The notes under the pieces are model-generated. The model was not told the origin of the DNA, searched no databases, and worked only from the letters and a program-made list of their open reading frames with translations. Positions 28,941 through 40,972 of a DNA stretch of 64,000 nucleotides are shown here, one piece after another. Origin of the DNA: an uncultured delta proteobacterium. Its GTDB lineage: Bacteria > Myxococcota_A > Polyangia > Polyangiales > Polyangiaceae. The position numbers and the translations under genes are program-made. The number at the start of each line of letters is the position of its first letter. Position 1 is the stretch's first letter. Location of the stretch: assembly GCA_963696385.1 (NCBI GenBank), contig CAVOKF010000007.1, positions 224,001-288,000 on the forward strand. Direction: 5' to 3'.

Positions 28941-29349
28941 GTACCTGGTCGTGGGCGGATGGGCCGTCGGTTACCATGCCGAGCCACGCTTTACGAAGGA
29001 CCTTGATCTGTTCATCGGCCCCTCGGACCAAAACCTTGAGGCGGTAGCGCGTGCGCTCGCGCAGTTCGGGGCCCCGGCGGCGATCGTCGAGACCCTTCGT
29101 GGCCTCGGGCCCGACGAGTTCATGTTTCTCGGGGCGTCGCCGGTGCGCGTCGACCTTCTGCGGCGCATCGATGGCATCGCGTTCGCTGAAGCGTACGCGC
29201 GCCGGATTAGGGTGAATTGGGACGGCGTCGCCGTCTCGCTGGTCTGCCTCGATGACTTGGTCGCAGCAAAGCGCGCTGCCGGTCGTGAACGGGACCTGCG
29301 CGATCTCAAGCAGCTTGAGGCCGCGCGAACGCGGAGACGCGGCGGGTAA
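28882..29349 (+). CDS. nucleotidyltransferase-fold protein
   Basis: MDLHPDFKDLL..YLVVGGWAV..PRFTKDLDLF..VDLL..KRAAGRERDLRDL (GG, DxD and K..AGR.xD motifs). Confidence 0.85.
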   Translation: MDLHPDFKDLLSALADTNAEYLVVGGWAVGYHAEPRFTKDLDLFIGPSDQNLEAVARALAQFGAPAAIVETLRGLGPDEFMFLGASPVRVDLLRRIDGIAFAEAYARRIRVNWDGVAVSLVCLDDLVAAKRAAGRERDLRDLKQLEAARTRRRGG

Positions 29350-29860
29350 ACCGAGCCCGAACTACGCTCAGCCAGGGTCGAGCGAAAGCGTCGGAGGCTG
29401 TCGTGCCCGGGTGCGGTGCTCGGCGTATGTGGAGGCGAAATGATGGGCGGGAAGACGTCGCCGTACGACGCTGGCGCCGTCGTTACGTACTTCCACCAGA
29501 CGCTGAACGCATCGGGCTTTCTGAAGCTCAGCGACTGAGCGGCGTGACCCTGCGTAGCCGAGAGCCCCCAAGAGGCGCAAGAGCCTTGTCGTACTGCCAA
29601 CCGTGTTCTCGTCTGGCCCGCTCGGCCTCTCCGCCGTCGCCCCCTTGCGGCAAACCGTCAGTGAAGCGGCGGCCCTCCGAGAACCGGTCGGCAAGGTGCG
29701 CGACAAAATGCTTCCATGGACCCTCCGCAGCTTGCCGAGCCGCCGGCTTGGCGCCCTCGGGGACACCGGGAGTGCGGGCAAACCATCGCCGCAAGTAAAT
29801 CCCGAACGCCTCCGACAGGAGCTCGAGGTCGTGGTGATCGCGTGCCCGGAGAGGCTTTCG

Positions 29861-30073
29861 CTACGCCTTCTCCATCGCTTCACCGTCTTCAACCACTTGC
29901 TCGACCGCGGGCGGTGGTGGGGGGGGAGGGGCGATCTGAGGACCGAACCCGGCGCCCAACCCGATCGCCAGCGCGCCCCATGTACGCCACAGGACGCGCC
30001 GGGCGCGCGACGCTATCGCGATCGCGCGACGCAACCACGCGATGACGTGGTCACGTCGAGTTCCTCTCGACAT
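29861..30073 (-). CDS. small hypothetical protein with poly-Pro tract
   Basis: Basic/hydrophobic N-terminus, PPPPPPP, acidic tail; AGAGG/GAGAG-rich RBS-like region upstream. Confidence 0.4.
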   Translation of the reverse strand: MSRGTRRDHVIAWLRRAIAIASRARRVLWRTWGALAIGLGAGFGPQIAPPPPPPPAVEQVVEDGEAMEKA

Positions 30074-30121
30074 GCTCTCTCTCCTCTGCTGTTGGGCGAA
30101 CGACGAGGGGCGTCGCGGCTC

Positions 30122-30424
30122 TCAGCAGAGGAGCGAGCAGTGACGAAGGTACTTCCGAGAACTCAGCGCCCGTGGCGATTGAAGCTGCGCGAGAGGGCGC
30201 GCGTCGTCAGACCACACGACCGGCGTCGTCGGGGTCGGTCGCGACAGGACTCGCGATGCGCTCGGCGAGGTCTCTTCCGTGGCATACGGCGCCTCGGCAG
30301 CGAAGCGCGTGGCGGCGACCAGCACGACGTCGTCGAAGACGCCCGGTACCGCTGGCACGGGTGGCGCCAGAACGAACGCCAGAACGAACGCCAGACACGC
30401 GACGAGCAGTCGCGCCACACGCAT
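30122..30424 (-). CDS. small exported/membrane protein ending KYLRHCSLLC
   Basis: N-terminal hydrophobic segment (LAFV duplicated), low-complexity middle. Confidence 0.5.
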   Translation of the reverse strand: MRVARLLVACLAFVLAFVLAPPVPAVPGVFDDVVLVAATRFAAEAPYATEETSPSASRVLSRPTPTTPVVWSDDARPLAQLQSPRALSSRKYLRHCSLLC

Positions 30425-30713
30425 CCAACGGCGCGACGGACTGCTCACAGCGAGCAGTGTAGTACGCAGCCGCCGTCGCCGATATCCGAGGCAGGGCCCG
30501 GACTTTTTCGCCGGATCTGGTCGGTCAAAAAAACGTCGGAGCCCTGCTCACGTAAGCGTACGCTTTGCAAGCGCGCTCGGCACGGCATTGGACCCAGCTC
30601 GCCGGGCAGCGCCATCCGTGTCGCTCGTGACGTCGCGAGCGGCATGCGCGTGAAGCGGTCGGGAGGGCTCCCGATCTTCAGTTGGCCACGGGCCCGAACG
30701 ATCTTCGGACAAC

Positions 30714-31553
30714 GTGCGGACCCTCGAAGAGGAAATCGCCAGGCTCCCGGGGATCGAGAAGCTGAAGAACAGGCCCGTCATTTGGAACGAGGAGGTCGGA
30801 GACAAGATCGCCAAGCAGTTCGCGGAGAAGAGCAAGATCCCGACCCTCGCATTCATCGACCCCTGGGGCTACAAGGGTCTGACGTTGCGCCTCGTCGATG
30901 CCTTCCTGCGGGACTGGGGCTGCGACTGCATCTTCTTCTTCAACTACGCGCGCATCAACGCAGGGCTCAGCAACCCAATGGTTCGCGAACACATGGGCGC
31001 GCTGTTCGGGGCAGAGAAAGCAGAAGCCCTGAGCCGAGTGCTGGAGCCTCTCGGGCCTGCCGCGCGAGAGGCCACGATCGTCGAGGCCCTCAGTCAGGCG
31101 CTCAAGGGATATGGGCATCGGTTCGTGTTGCCCTTCTGCTTCAAGAGTGACGCGGGCACCCGCACGAAGCACCACCTAATTCTCGTGACCAAACATTTCA
31201 GGGGCTACGCGGTGATGAAGGACATCATGGTCACCGCCAGTTCAACCCGCGAGCAGGGGGTTCCAAGCTTCAGCTACAGCCCTGCGGACAGCTCGGCTCA
31301 GCAACTCCTCTTCGAGCTGAATCGACCGCTCGATGAGCTTCGGGCGAGACTCCTTCGCGACTTCGCTGGGCAGACGGTGACGATGCGCGCCATTTACGAG
31401 AAGCACTCCGTGGACCGCGCGTACCTCGCCAAGAATCATAAGGACGTGCTGACGGCGATGGAAAGCGATGGGGCCATTAAGACCAGCGGGCGAAAATCCA
31501 AGCGGGGCTTCGCGGACAACATCGTCGTCATCTTCCCGCACGGAGGGCGCTGA
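30714..31553 (+). pseudogene. tcmP: three-Cys-motif partner protein TcmP, 5'-truncated
   Basis: PTLAFIDPWGYKGL, DCIFFFNY, HLILVTKHFRGY..MK and a wHTH-like tail. The N-terminal YIDLFAGPG-type region is absent in all frames upstream. Confidence 0.75.
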
Positions 31554-32335
31554 TGGGACTCGGGTCCGGAATCGAGTGGACGGAGTCCACGTGGAACCCA
31601 GTTACGGGGTGCGACAAGATCAGCCCCGGCTGCAAATTTTGCTACGCAGAGCGCATGGCGGAGCGGCTCCAGGCCATGGGCCAGCCGAACTACAAGAACG
31701 GCTTCGACCTGACGCTCCAACCCCGGATGCTGGGGCTGCCGCTGACGTGGAGGAAGCCGCAGACGATCTTCGTGAATTCCATGAGCGACTTGTTTCACGA
31801 GGACGTGCCTCTCTCGTTCATCAAGCAGGTCTTCGACGTGATGCGACGTGCCCACTGGCATCGGTTTCAGGTGCTCACCAAACGCGCATCGCGTCTGGCG
31901 ACTCTCGACAAAGACCTGACGTGGGCTTCGAACATCTGGATGGGTGTCAGCGTGGAAAGCGCCCGATATGTGGACCGCATCGACGACCTCCGCCGTACCG
32001 GAGCGCAGGTGAAGTTTCTGTCTTTGGAGCCCCTTTTGAGTCCGCTTTCGGACCTTGACCTTCGATTCATCGACTGGGCAATCGTAGGAGGTGAATCGGG
32101 GCCACGTGCCCGCGCAATGTCGCCCGCGTGGGTCATCGAGATCCGCAGCCAATGCAGGGCGGCAGGGGTGCCCTTCTTCTTCAAGCAGTGGGGGGGCAAG
32201 AACAAGAAGAAGGCAGGGCGGCTGCTGGACGGACGAACTTGGGACGAGATGCCCGTTTCGCCGACTGTGTCGGCTCCCGGCGCTCGCTCCTTGCCTCTCC
32301 ATTCCGAGCGTCCTGTCGAAGCTCGTAGAGGGTGA
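31553..32335 (+). CDS. DUF5131 / phage Gp37-Gp68 family protein
   Basis: [64 protein letters not shown] coupling to tcmP. Confidence 0.93.
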   Translation: MGLGSGIEWTESTWNPVTGCDKISPGCKFCYAERMAERLQAMGQPNYKNGFDLTLQPRMLGLPLTWRKPQTIFVNSMSDLFHEDVPLSFIKQVFDVMRRAHWHRFQVLTKRASRLATLDKDLTWASNIWMGVSVESARYVDRIDDLRRTGAQVKFLSLEPLLSPLSDLDLRFIDWAIVGGESGPRARAMSPAWVIEIRSQCRAAGVPFFFKQWGGKNKKKAGRLLDGRTWDEMPVSPTVSAPGARSLPLHSERPVEARRG

Positions 32336-32708
32336 GCCCAAGGTCGGAGTTCGGGAGACCTTCTCGTTTTCCGGCGCGCCCGCTTCCCGACGAAGACATG
32401 CATGGTTCGCGTTTCCGGCGGCGGTACGCGAGAGGCGCGGGTGGCTTAGGTCGTCGCTTGGCCGTAACCGCGGTTTCCCGCTTCGTGCCGTTAAGCGGCA
32501 GCCGTGCGCCCGTTTCCTCCCGCCCCCCTACGGACTCTCCACCTCGATTCGAAGGACGTGCGCGAGTCATGCGTCGACGGCCGCAAGGGACGCAGGGCAA
32601 GCACGGACAGGGGTTCCCATGGCGGCGCAGGTGCGAAGACGGTTCGGAAGTAATCCCGTGAAATCGTCCGGCTATTGACGACGGAGGACAGACCTTGAAA
32701 GAAACCGT

Positions 32709-34544
32709 ATGCCCAAACGTGGACGGACCCGCCCGGCGGCAGGGCTTGCTTCCCGGTTGAATCGGGTTCGGCGTATCCTGCTTGCCGTCGCGACCGGGAC
32801 GTCTGTCGGAGGATGCATCCTCGCGCGTCCGGCGAGCCCGTCGGAGGCCTCGACAGAAGCGGCTGCGTCGCGTCCTACAGTGCAGTTCCCCGCTCCCGCC
32901 GATCTGGAGCGATTGCCGAGTCTGCCTGCTCCCGCCGAGGCGTTCAGCACCGACGCGATTGCCGTCGATGACTGGGGTGTACCGGCTCCATCCGCGCAGG
33001 AGAGGGAGGGGCGCTCTCCCGACGCGCCTTGGCAAGACTATCTCCGGTCGACCGTCCTAGCCCATCGCGACACCCTGCGTGTCTCGCCCGAGCTTCGCTG
33101 CGCAGCAAGGGAGATCGCTCGCTTTCGAGTGGAAAAGGGGGGGCAACCGACCGAGCCTCTGCGCCGCTTCATGGTAGGACATTGCGGTGCGACGTCGCCG
33201 GACACGATGCCGATCGTCGTCGCCTTGACGGCGTCGTCTGCCCTCTCGGATCGGGGCGTCTACGAGCGGACGCGGCCGACGCTCGAGAAGCTCGTAGCCC
33301 ATGTCCTGGACTCTCCGCGCCGGCGCGCGATCGGACTTTCGAGCGGCCGAATGGGGTCGGAATTCGCCGTCGTCGCCCTCGTGGGAGGCGACGAAGTCGA
33401 CATGGGGGGTGAGCCGCGAACGATCGACGATAGCCGTCGCGTCGTCGTCGGCGGCAGCTTTCGAAGCGTCTTCGCCGATGCGGCGGCCTACATCAACCGC
33501 GGCGATTACGCGGTTGCCCCCTGCGAGCGGGATCCGACGGTTGCATTGCCACAATTTGCGTTTTCGTGTGCCATGGACAAGGCCGATCGGTCCGCGTGGA
33601 TGCAAGTCCTGGTTCGTCGCAGCGAGCGCATCTTGACCGAGAGCGTTGCGGATCTGCTGATCGAAGACCCGGCCAGCACGCCACTCGAGTACCGCGCGCG
33701 GAAGTTCGGACCGCCGGCGGAGGTGGACGACGCCCGAAGGCTCGGTCCTGCGCTGCTCGAAGCAATCAACCGTGTTCGCGCGGCAGGGCAGCTCGCGTCG
33801 CTCGTCCTGGAGCCGGCCGAGAGTGCGTTGAGCACGCAGCTCGCCGGCACGATGATCGACGCCGATATCCATGGGCGTGGAAGCGAAGCAGACGCGATCG
33901 CGCTTGGCCTTTTGGCCGGGTGGAAAGTGGGTGGAACGATTCGCGGCGGCAACCTTTTTGTCGGGCTCGCGGCACCCACTCGGGACGTGAACACATGGCT
34001 CGAAGTCGCGCTCGCGCGCCCCGTCGGACGCGTCGCTTTGCTGGACCCCGACGCCCGGCATGTTGCGATCGGTCCGGCGCTCCCGGGCAATGGGTCGAAG
34101 GCGATCGGGGCGGTCGTCACCACCTATTCGTTGTTCGAATCGTCGAATCACGACGCCGACGTATCTCGAATCGTCGCGCGAGTCGCTTCAGCCCGTGCGG
34201 CGCGCGGCGTAACCCCCTTGGCTCGTGTGGACGGAGGGCGTGAGCTCGTTGAGGGAGCGCAAACGGTTTTGGCGGGAACGCGCGAGCCCATGGCGGTGCT
34301 TCGGTTTGCGCTCCAAGGCCTTGCCCAACGGACCGGCGGGACCGTATCCGGCTACGTTGTCGAAGGAAACGACGTCGACACGATACCCATCCCGGACCCG
34401 TTGCTTCACATACCCAAGGGCAGTCTGGTCGTGCAGGTGACACATCACCGTGTGGCAGGCGCAGCATGGGGGCAATACGTCGTCTTTTTCTTGCTCGCGC
34501 GAACGACCGACGAGACCCAACTGCCAAACGTCGTTGGACTGTAA
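32709..34544 (+). CDS. large hypothetical exported protein, possibly a lipoprotein with CAP-like segments
   Basis: VGGC after a hydrophobic stretch; LLEAINRVRAAGQLASL and ARAARGVTPL resemble CAP-domain starts. Confidence 0.6.
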   Translation: MPKRGRTRPAAGLASRLNRVRRILLAVATGTSVGGCILARPASPSEASTEAAASRPTVQFPAPADLERLPSLPAPAEAFSTDAIAVDDWGVPAPSAQEREGRSPDAPWQDYLRSTVLAHRDTLRVSPELRCAAREIARFRVEKGGQPTEPLRRFMVGHCGATSPDTMPIVVALTASSALSDRGVYERTRPTLEKLVAHVLDSPRRRAIGLSSGRMGSEFAVVALVGGDEVDMGGEPRTIDDSRRVVVGGSFRSVFADAAAYINRGDYAVAPCERDPTVALPQFAFSCAMDKADRSAWMQVLVRRSERILTESVADLLIEDPASTPLEYRARKFGPPAEVDDARRLGPALLEAINRVRAAGQLASLVLEPAESALSTQLAGTMIDADIHGRGSEADAIALGLLAGWKVGGTIRGGNLFVGLAAPTRDVNTWLEVALARPVGRVALLDPDARHVAIGPALPGNGSKAIGAVVTTYSLFESSNHDADVSRIVARVASARAARGVTPLARVDGGRELVEGAQTVLAGTREPMAVLRFALQGLAQRTGGTVSGYVVEGNDVDTIPIPDPLLHIPKGSLVVQVTHHRVAGAAWGQYVVFFLLARTTDETQLPNVVGL

Positions 34545-34659
34545 CGCGGCGGATCTCCGTTTGCGGCCCCGTCCCGCCCGAAAGCAATACCACCCTACGC
34601 GGCGAGAGGCATCGGAGCGCCACACGCGTCTTCGATTCGAAAGTTGACCGCAGCTTCCC

Positions 34660-34687
34660 TTGACGGTGCCGGGGGGATGATTACGTT
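34660..34687 (+). promoter_or_regulatory. putative sigma70-type promoter of groESL
   Basis: TTGACG-N16-TACGTT immediately upstream of CIRCE. Confidence 0.5.
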
Positions 34688-34699
34688 CGCGGCCAAGTT

Positions 34700-34726
34700 T
34701 TAGCACTCTGGGTTGATGAGTGCCAG
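34700..34726 (+). promoter_or_regulatory. CIRCE element (HrcA operator)
   Basis: TTAGCACTC-tgggttgat-GAGTGCCAG against the consensus TTAGCACTC-N9-GAGTGCTAA, upstream of groES. Confidence 0.92.
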
Positions 34727-34824
34727 CGAACCTGCGGAATCGATTCGCGCGGGCGTCCATCGCGCGGTCGCGGTGACCCGCCCGCGCCCACGATCTCGCA
34801 TCCAACCGTCAACGAGGAGAGTCA

Positions 34825-36874
<2,050 letters not shown>

Positions 36875-36900
36875 GCCGACCCCCACACCCGGTGGTTTCG

Positions 36901-36928
36901 GGCGGGCTGCAGCCGCGAGCAGCCCGCC
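36901..36928 (+). terminator. GC-rich hairpin downstream of groEL (terminator or stabiliser)
   Basis: GGCGGGCTGC-N8-GCAGCCCGCC perfect 10-bp stem; no U-tract. Confidence 0.5.
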
Positions 36929-37064
36929 GCATCCGGGGTGCGGTGCCGGCCGCGGTCCCATACCGCGGCGCGCTCGCGATGGATCGTCCTGATTCGACGG
37001 CCGTCGCAGTGAGTATTGCCTTGCCCCGCAGCAGCGATAGATTCGGGCACGAGCGGTTGACCCG

Positions 37065-40000
37065 GTGAGTCCAACGAACAAATGGGATGTGCAGCGGCTC
37101 CAGACGCAAACGGAGCCCGCGTCGCACACACCCATGAACTCACCGAGCCGGAGCGTCATGGCGAAGCACTTCGCCCTCGTTCGACGACTCGGTCACGGCG
37201 GCTTCGGCGACGTCTATGAGGCGATCGACCTTCGCGACCAAGGAAGCGTCGCCCTGAAAGTCTTGCGCGATGCGCAGCCCCAATGGATCGAGCGATTCAA
37301 ACGGGAGTTTCGCACCATGCAGGGCATCAGCCACCCCAATCTCGTGCGACTCGACGAGCTTTTCTTCGACGACGAAGGCCCGGCATGGTTCTTCACGATG
37401 GAGCTCATCGACGGAACGGATCTGACGTCGTTCGTGCGATGTGCCGCTCCGACGATTCCCGACGAGAGCGCGAAACGTCGGGTCGAGCCGGTGAGCTGGG
37501 TCTCGACTGCGCGCGACGCCGATGCCGCGGCAGGCGCCATCGGGGCGTGCTTCGACGAGACTCGCCTTCGCGAGTCGTTGAGACAGCTGCTCGACGCATT
37601 GATCGTGCTGCACGGCGCGGGAATGGTGCACCGCGACATCAAGCCATCCAACGTGATGGCCACGGCCGAGGGACGAATCGTGCTGCTCGATTTCGGGCTG
37701 CTGATCGACCGCTTCGGCGAGTCCATGACGTCGGGCGTTCTCGGAACGCCCTCGTTCATGGCCCCCGAACAAGCGCGATTCAATTTCGAGGCGAACCCGG
37801 CCGCCGACATCTATTCGGTGGGCGTGCTGCTCTATCACCTTTTGACGGGGCGGTTGCCCTTCGAGGGCCGTGATCTTCAGTTCGTCCTCATGGGCAACCG
37901 CATGCTGACCCCTGCACCCCCCCAGGCCGTGGCAAGGGCCGTCCCCGAGGACCTCGCTCACCTGTGCCTGGCCATGCTGCGACTCGAAGCCTCGCGGCGG
38001 CCGACCGCCATCGAGGTAAAGCGTCTCCTGCTCGACGCGCAAGCGGTGCCGCGCGTCGGGTCGAGGAGTTCCCCCAGCTCGGAGCTCGTGGGGCGACAAG
38101 CGGAGCTCGATCGGTTGCGAGCCGCGCTCGAGACAGCCGCGAAGGGCGAGCTCGCCACCGTAATCGTGACCGGCGAATCCGGAATCGGCAAGTCGACGCT
38201 CATCCGGCACTTCATGCGGGAGCTTCGAGGCGAACGCGGCGACGTGACCCTGCTCGAGGGGCGGTGCTACGAGCGCGAGTCGGTCCCCTACAAGGCGATC
38301 GATGCCATCGTCGATGCGTTGAGCCGACGCTTGTCGCAACTGCCCGCCCACGAGGCTGCGCGGCTTCTGCCGGCCCGCAGCGCGGCGTTGGCTCAGATAT
38401 TTCCGGTCATGGGCCGGCTGGAGCCGGTCGCGCGCGAACACGCGACCTTCGCCCAGAACGGCGACCCGAGCGAGCTGCGGAAGCTGGCGTTTTCGGCGCT
38501 CCGCGAGCTCTTTACGCGAATCGCGCTGCGCGGACCCACGGTCGTCGCCATCGACGACTTGCAGTGGGCCGACGACGACGGGCTTCGCGCGCTCGACGAG
38601 AATCCTTCGTCTCCCCGATCCTCCGCCTTTGCTCGTCATCGGCGTCGTCCGGAGCGGCGAAGGGAGCGACGTGGCTCGCGAGCGATTGCGGCAGTCCGGC
38701 TTCGCGTCCTCGACCATCCTCGAGCTCGGCGGACTCAGCCTCGACGAAGGTCGCACCCTCGCAACTCGGCTGCTCGGGCCGCAACTGGGGCTCGTCGATC
38801 CAACGCGCATCGCGACCGAAGCGGCCGGGCACCCGCTCTTCGTCGAGGAGCTCGCGCGCCATGCCCTCACGGGCACGGTCGGCACCGACCGTCTGCACCT
38901 CGATGGCGCGCTCCGATCGCGCATCGAGCAGCTCGAGCCGCGAGCCCGCCGCACAGCCGAATTCGTGGCCCTGGCGGGCACGCCGCTCGCTCACGAGATT
39001 CTGGCAAGGTCGACGGGGAGCTCCGTTTCGGAGCTGAAGCAGTATGTCGCCGTCTTGCGATCCGCGAGCCTCGTCCGAACGAGCGGGGGGCGATGGGGCG
39101 ACGCCGTCGAGCCCTATCATGACCGCATTCGAGAGGCCGCCGTCGCCGAGCTCGGCTCCGAACAGCGCCGAGAGATGCACGAGGCTCTCGCGCTCGCCAT
39201 CGAGGGGACGTCGACCGCCGATCCCGAGGCGCTCGCGACCCACTGGAAGGAGGCTGGGCGGCCCGCCAAGGCCGCGGAATATGCCGCCGCCGCCGGCGCG
39301 CAGGCACTCAAAGCCTTCGCCTTTGATCGCGCCGCGCGCTGGTACCAACAGGCCCTCTCGCTTCTCCCGCAAGGGACCGCCCTGCACCGCGACCTCCGAG
39401 TTTGGCTCGGTGAGGCGCTCGCGGGAGCCGGACGAGGGGCGCTCGCCGCGGCTCACTTCGAGGCCGCCGCCCTGCAGGCGTCCCCCATCGATGCGCTGCA
39501 GTTGCGCAGACGGGCCGCCGACCAACTCTTGCGCAGCGGACGCATCGACGAGGGGATCGCCTTGCTTCGGACGGTCCTCGCGGCCATGGGGATCGCCATG
39601 GCCGAAGGCCCGAACGCGACCCTCGCTTCGCTGCTCTTTTACCGTGTCCGTCTCACCCTGCGGGGGTTGCGCTTTTCGGTTCGGGAGGAGACCGAGGTCG
39701 ATGCCGAGCTGCTCCGTCGCATCGACGCCTTGTGGTCGGTCGCGGCCGGGCTGAGCGTCGTCGACGTCGTGCGCAGCGCAGACTTCCACACGCGGGGCCT
39801 GCTGCTCGCGCTCGATGCCGGGGAGCCCGATCGGCTTTCACGGGCCCTGGCCATGGAGGCCGCGATGCGGGGCATCGAAGGGGGCCCGAGCCGCGCGCGA
39901 GCACCGGAGCTGCTCGAGATGGCCGAGCGACTCGCGCGCCGCAACGCACGCCCGGAAACCGAAGCGTGGATCGCGCTCACGAGCTCCGCGATCGCCATGC

Positions 40001-40873
40001 ACACGGGTCGTTTCGAGGACTCGCTGCGCTTCGCGACGGACGCGGAGGCGATGTTTCGCGAGCGCTGCGAGGGCCCGACGCGGAAAGTTGCCGACGCGCG
40101 AGCCTTCGGCCTGTGGGCGCTCGCGTTTCTTGGGCGCCTCGGTGAGCTCGCGCGCCGGATCCCGGCGCTGCTCCGCGACGCGATCGAACGGGACGACCTC
40201 TTCGCACAGATCGGCGTGGGCCTGGGCCCGACCCACGTGGCATGGCTGGCGCGAGACGACGCTCGGACCATGCGTCAAACCTGCGCGGACGCCATGCAGC
40301 GATGGACGCAGGCCGGCTTCCACTTCCAGCACCTGTGCGCGCTTTTCTCTCTCACTTCCGCCGATCTCTACGAGGGCGATGCCGCTGCCGCCTCCGCGCG
40401 CGTCGAGGCCGGGTGGGCGAGCGTGCGAAGGTCTCTCCAGCTCCGCACCCAGTTCGTGCGGATCGACTGTTGGTACCTGCGCGGGCGCGCCGCCGTCTCG
40501 CTGGCGTTCACCGACCCGAAAGCACACGCCCCTGCTCTGCGACGAGCGAGGGGCGCCGCGGCCCGCATTGAACGCGAGAAGATGGCCTGGTCGCAAGGAT
40601 TGCCCCACGCGCTGCACGCTGCGATAGCGCAAATCGGCGGCCATACCCCGGAGGCCGTGAAGTGGCTCGAGCTCGGCGAACGGGCTTTTCTTGCCGCGTC
40701 GATGCGCATGCATGCGGCGTCGTGCGCCTATCAGCGCGCGCTGCTCACGGGCGAGCAGGACCCGACGAGGGGTGAGGCCGTGCTGCGCGAAGAAGGGGTT
40801 CGTGATCCTGCCCGGTTCGCGAACGTGCTCGTGCCGATGCGCCGGATTCGAGCCTCCGACCGCAAGCGCCTGA
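37065..40873 (+). CDS. Ser/Thr kinase - P-loop (AAA_16-like) ATPase - TPR/helical protein, with apparent frameshifts near 38601 and 40847
   Basis: LGHGGFGDVY, VALK, HRDIKPSN, DFG, GESGIGKST, IDDLQWAD. Continues EILRLPDPPPLLVIG after removing one A at 38601; ends RRIEPPTASA* at 40873 after removing one T near 40847. Confidence 0.85.
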
Positions 40874-40972
40874 AGACGCCGCCGATCGCGACGAGAGCGG
40901 CAGCCTACGTCGCTCGAGACAGGAACGAAGTGGCTATTGCGCGCAAGGCGCGACCATGGTCAAGACGTCGGC

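Noticed and set aside
29645..29800. Two GGCAAACC motifs suggesting c-di-GMP-I riboswitches
   Set aside because: The following GNRA stem and GACGCAAAG/P2 elements are not evident. An Infernal search would be needed.
29603..31150. 515-aa ORF as the missing tcmP N-terminus
   Set aside because: Arg/Pro-rich with no TcmP motifs; it overlaps small minus-strand ORFs and is out of frame with tcmP.
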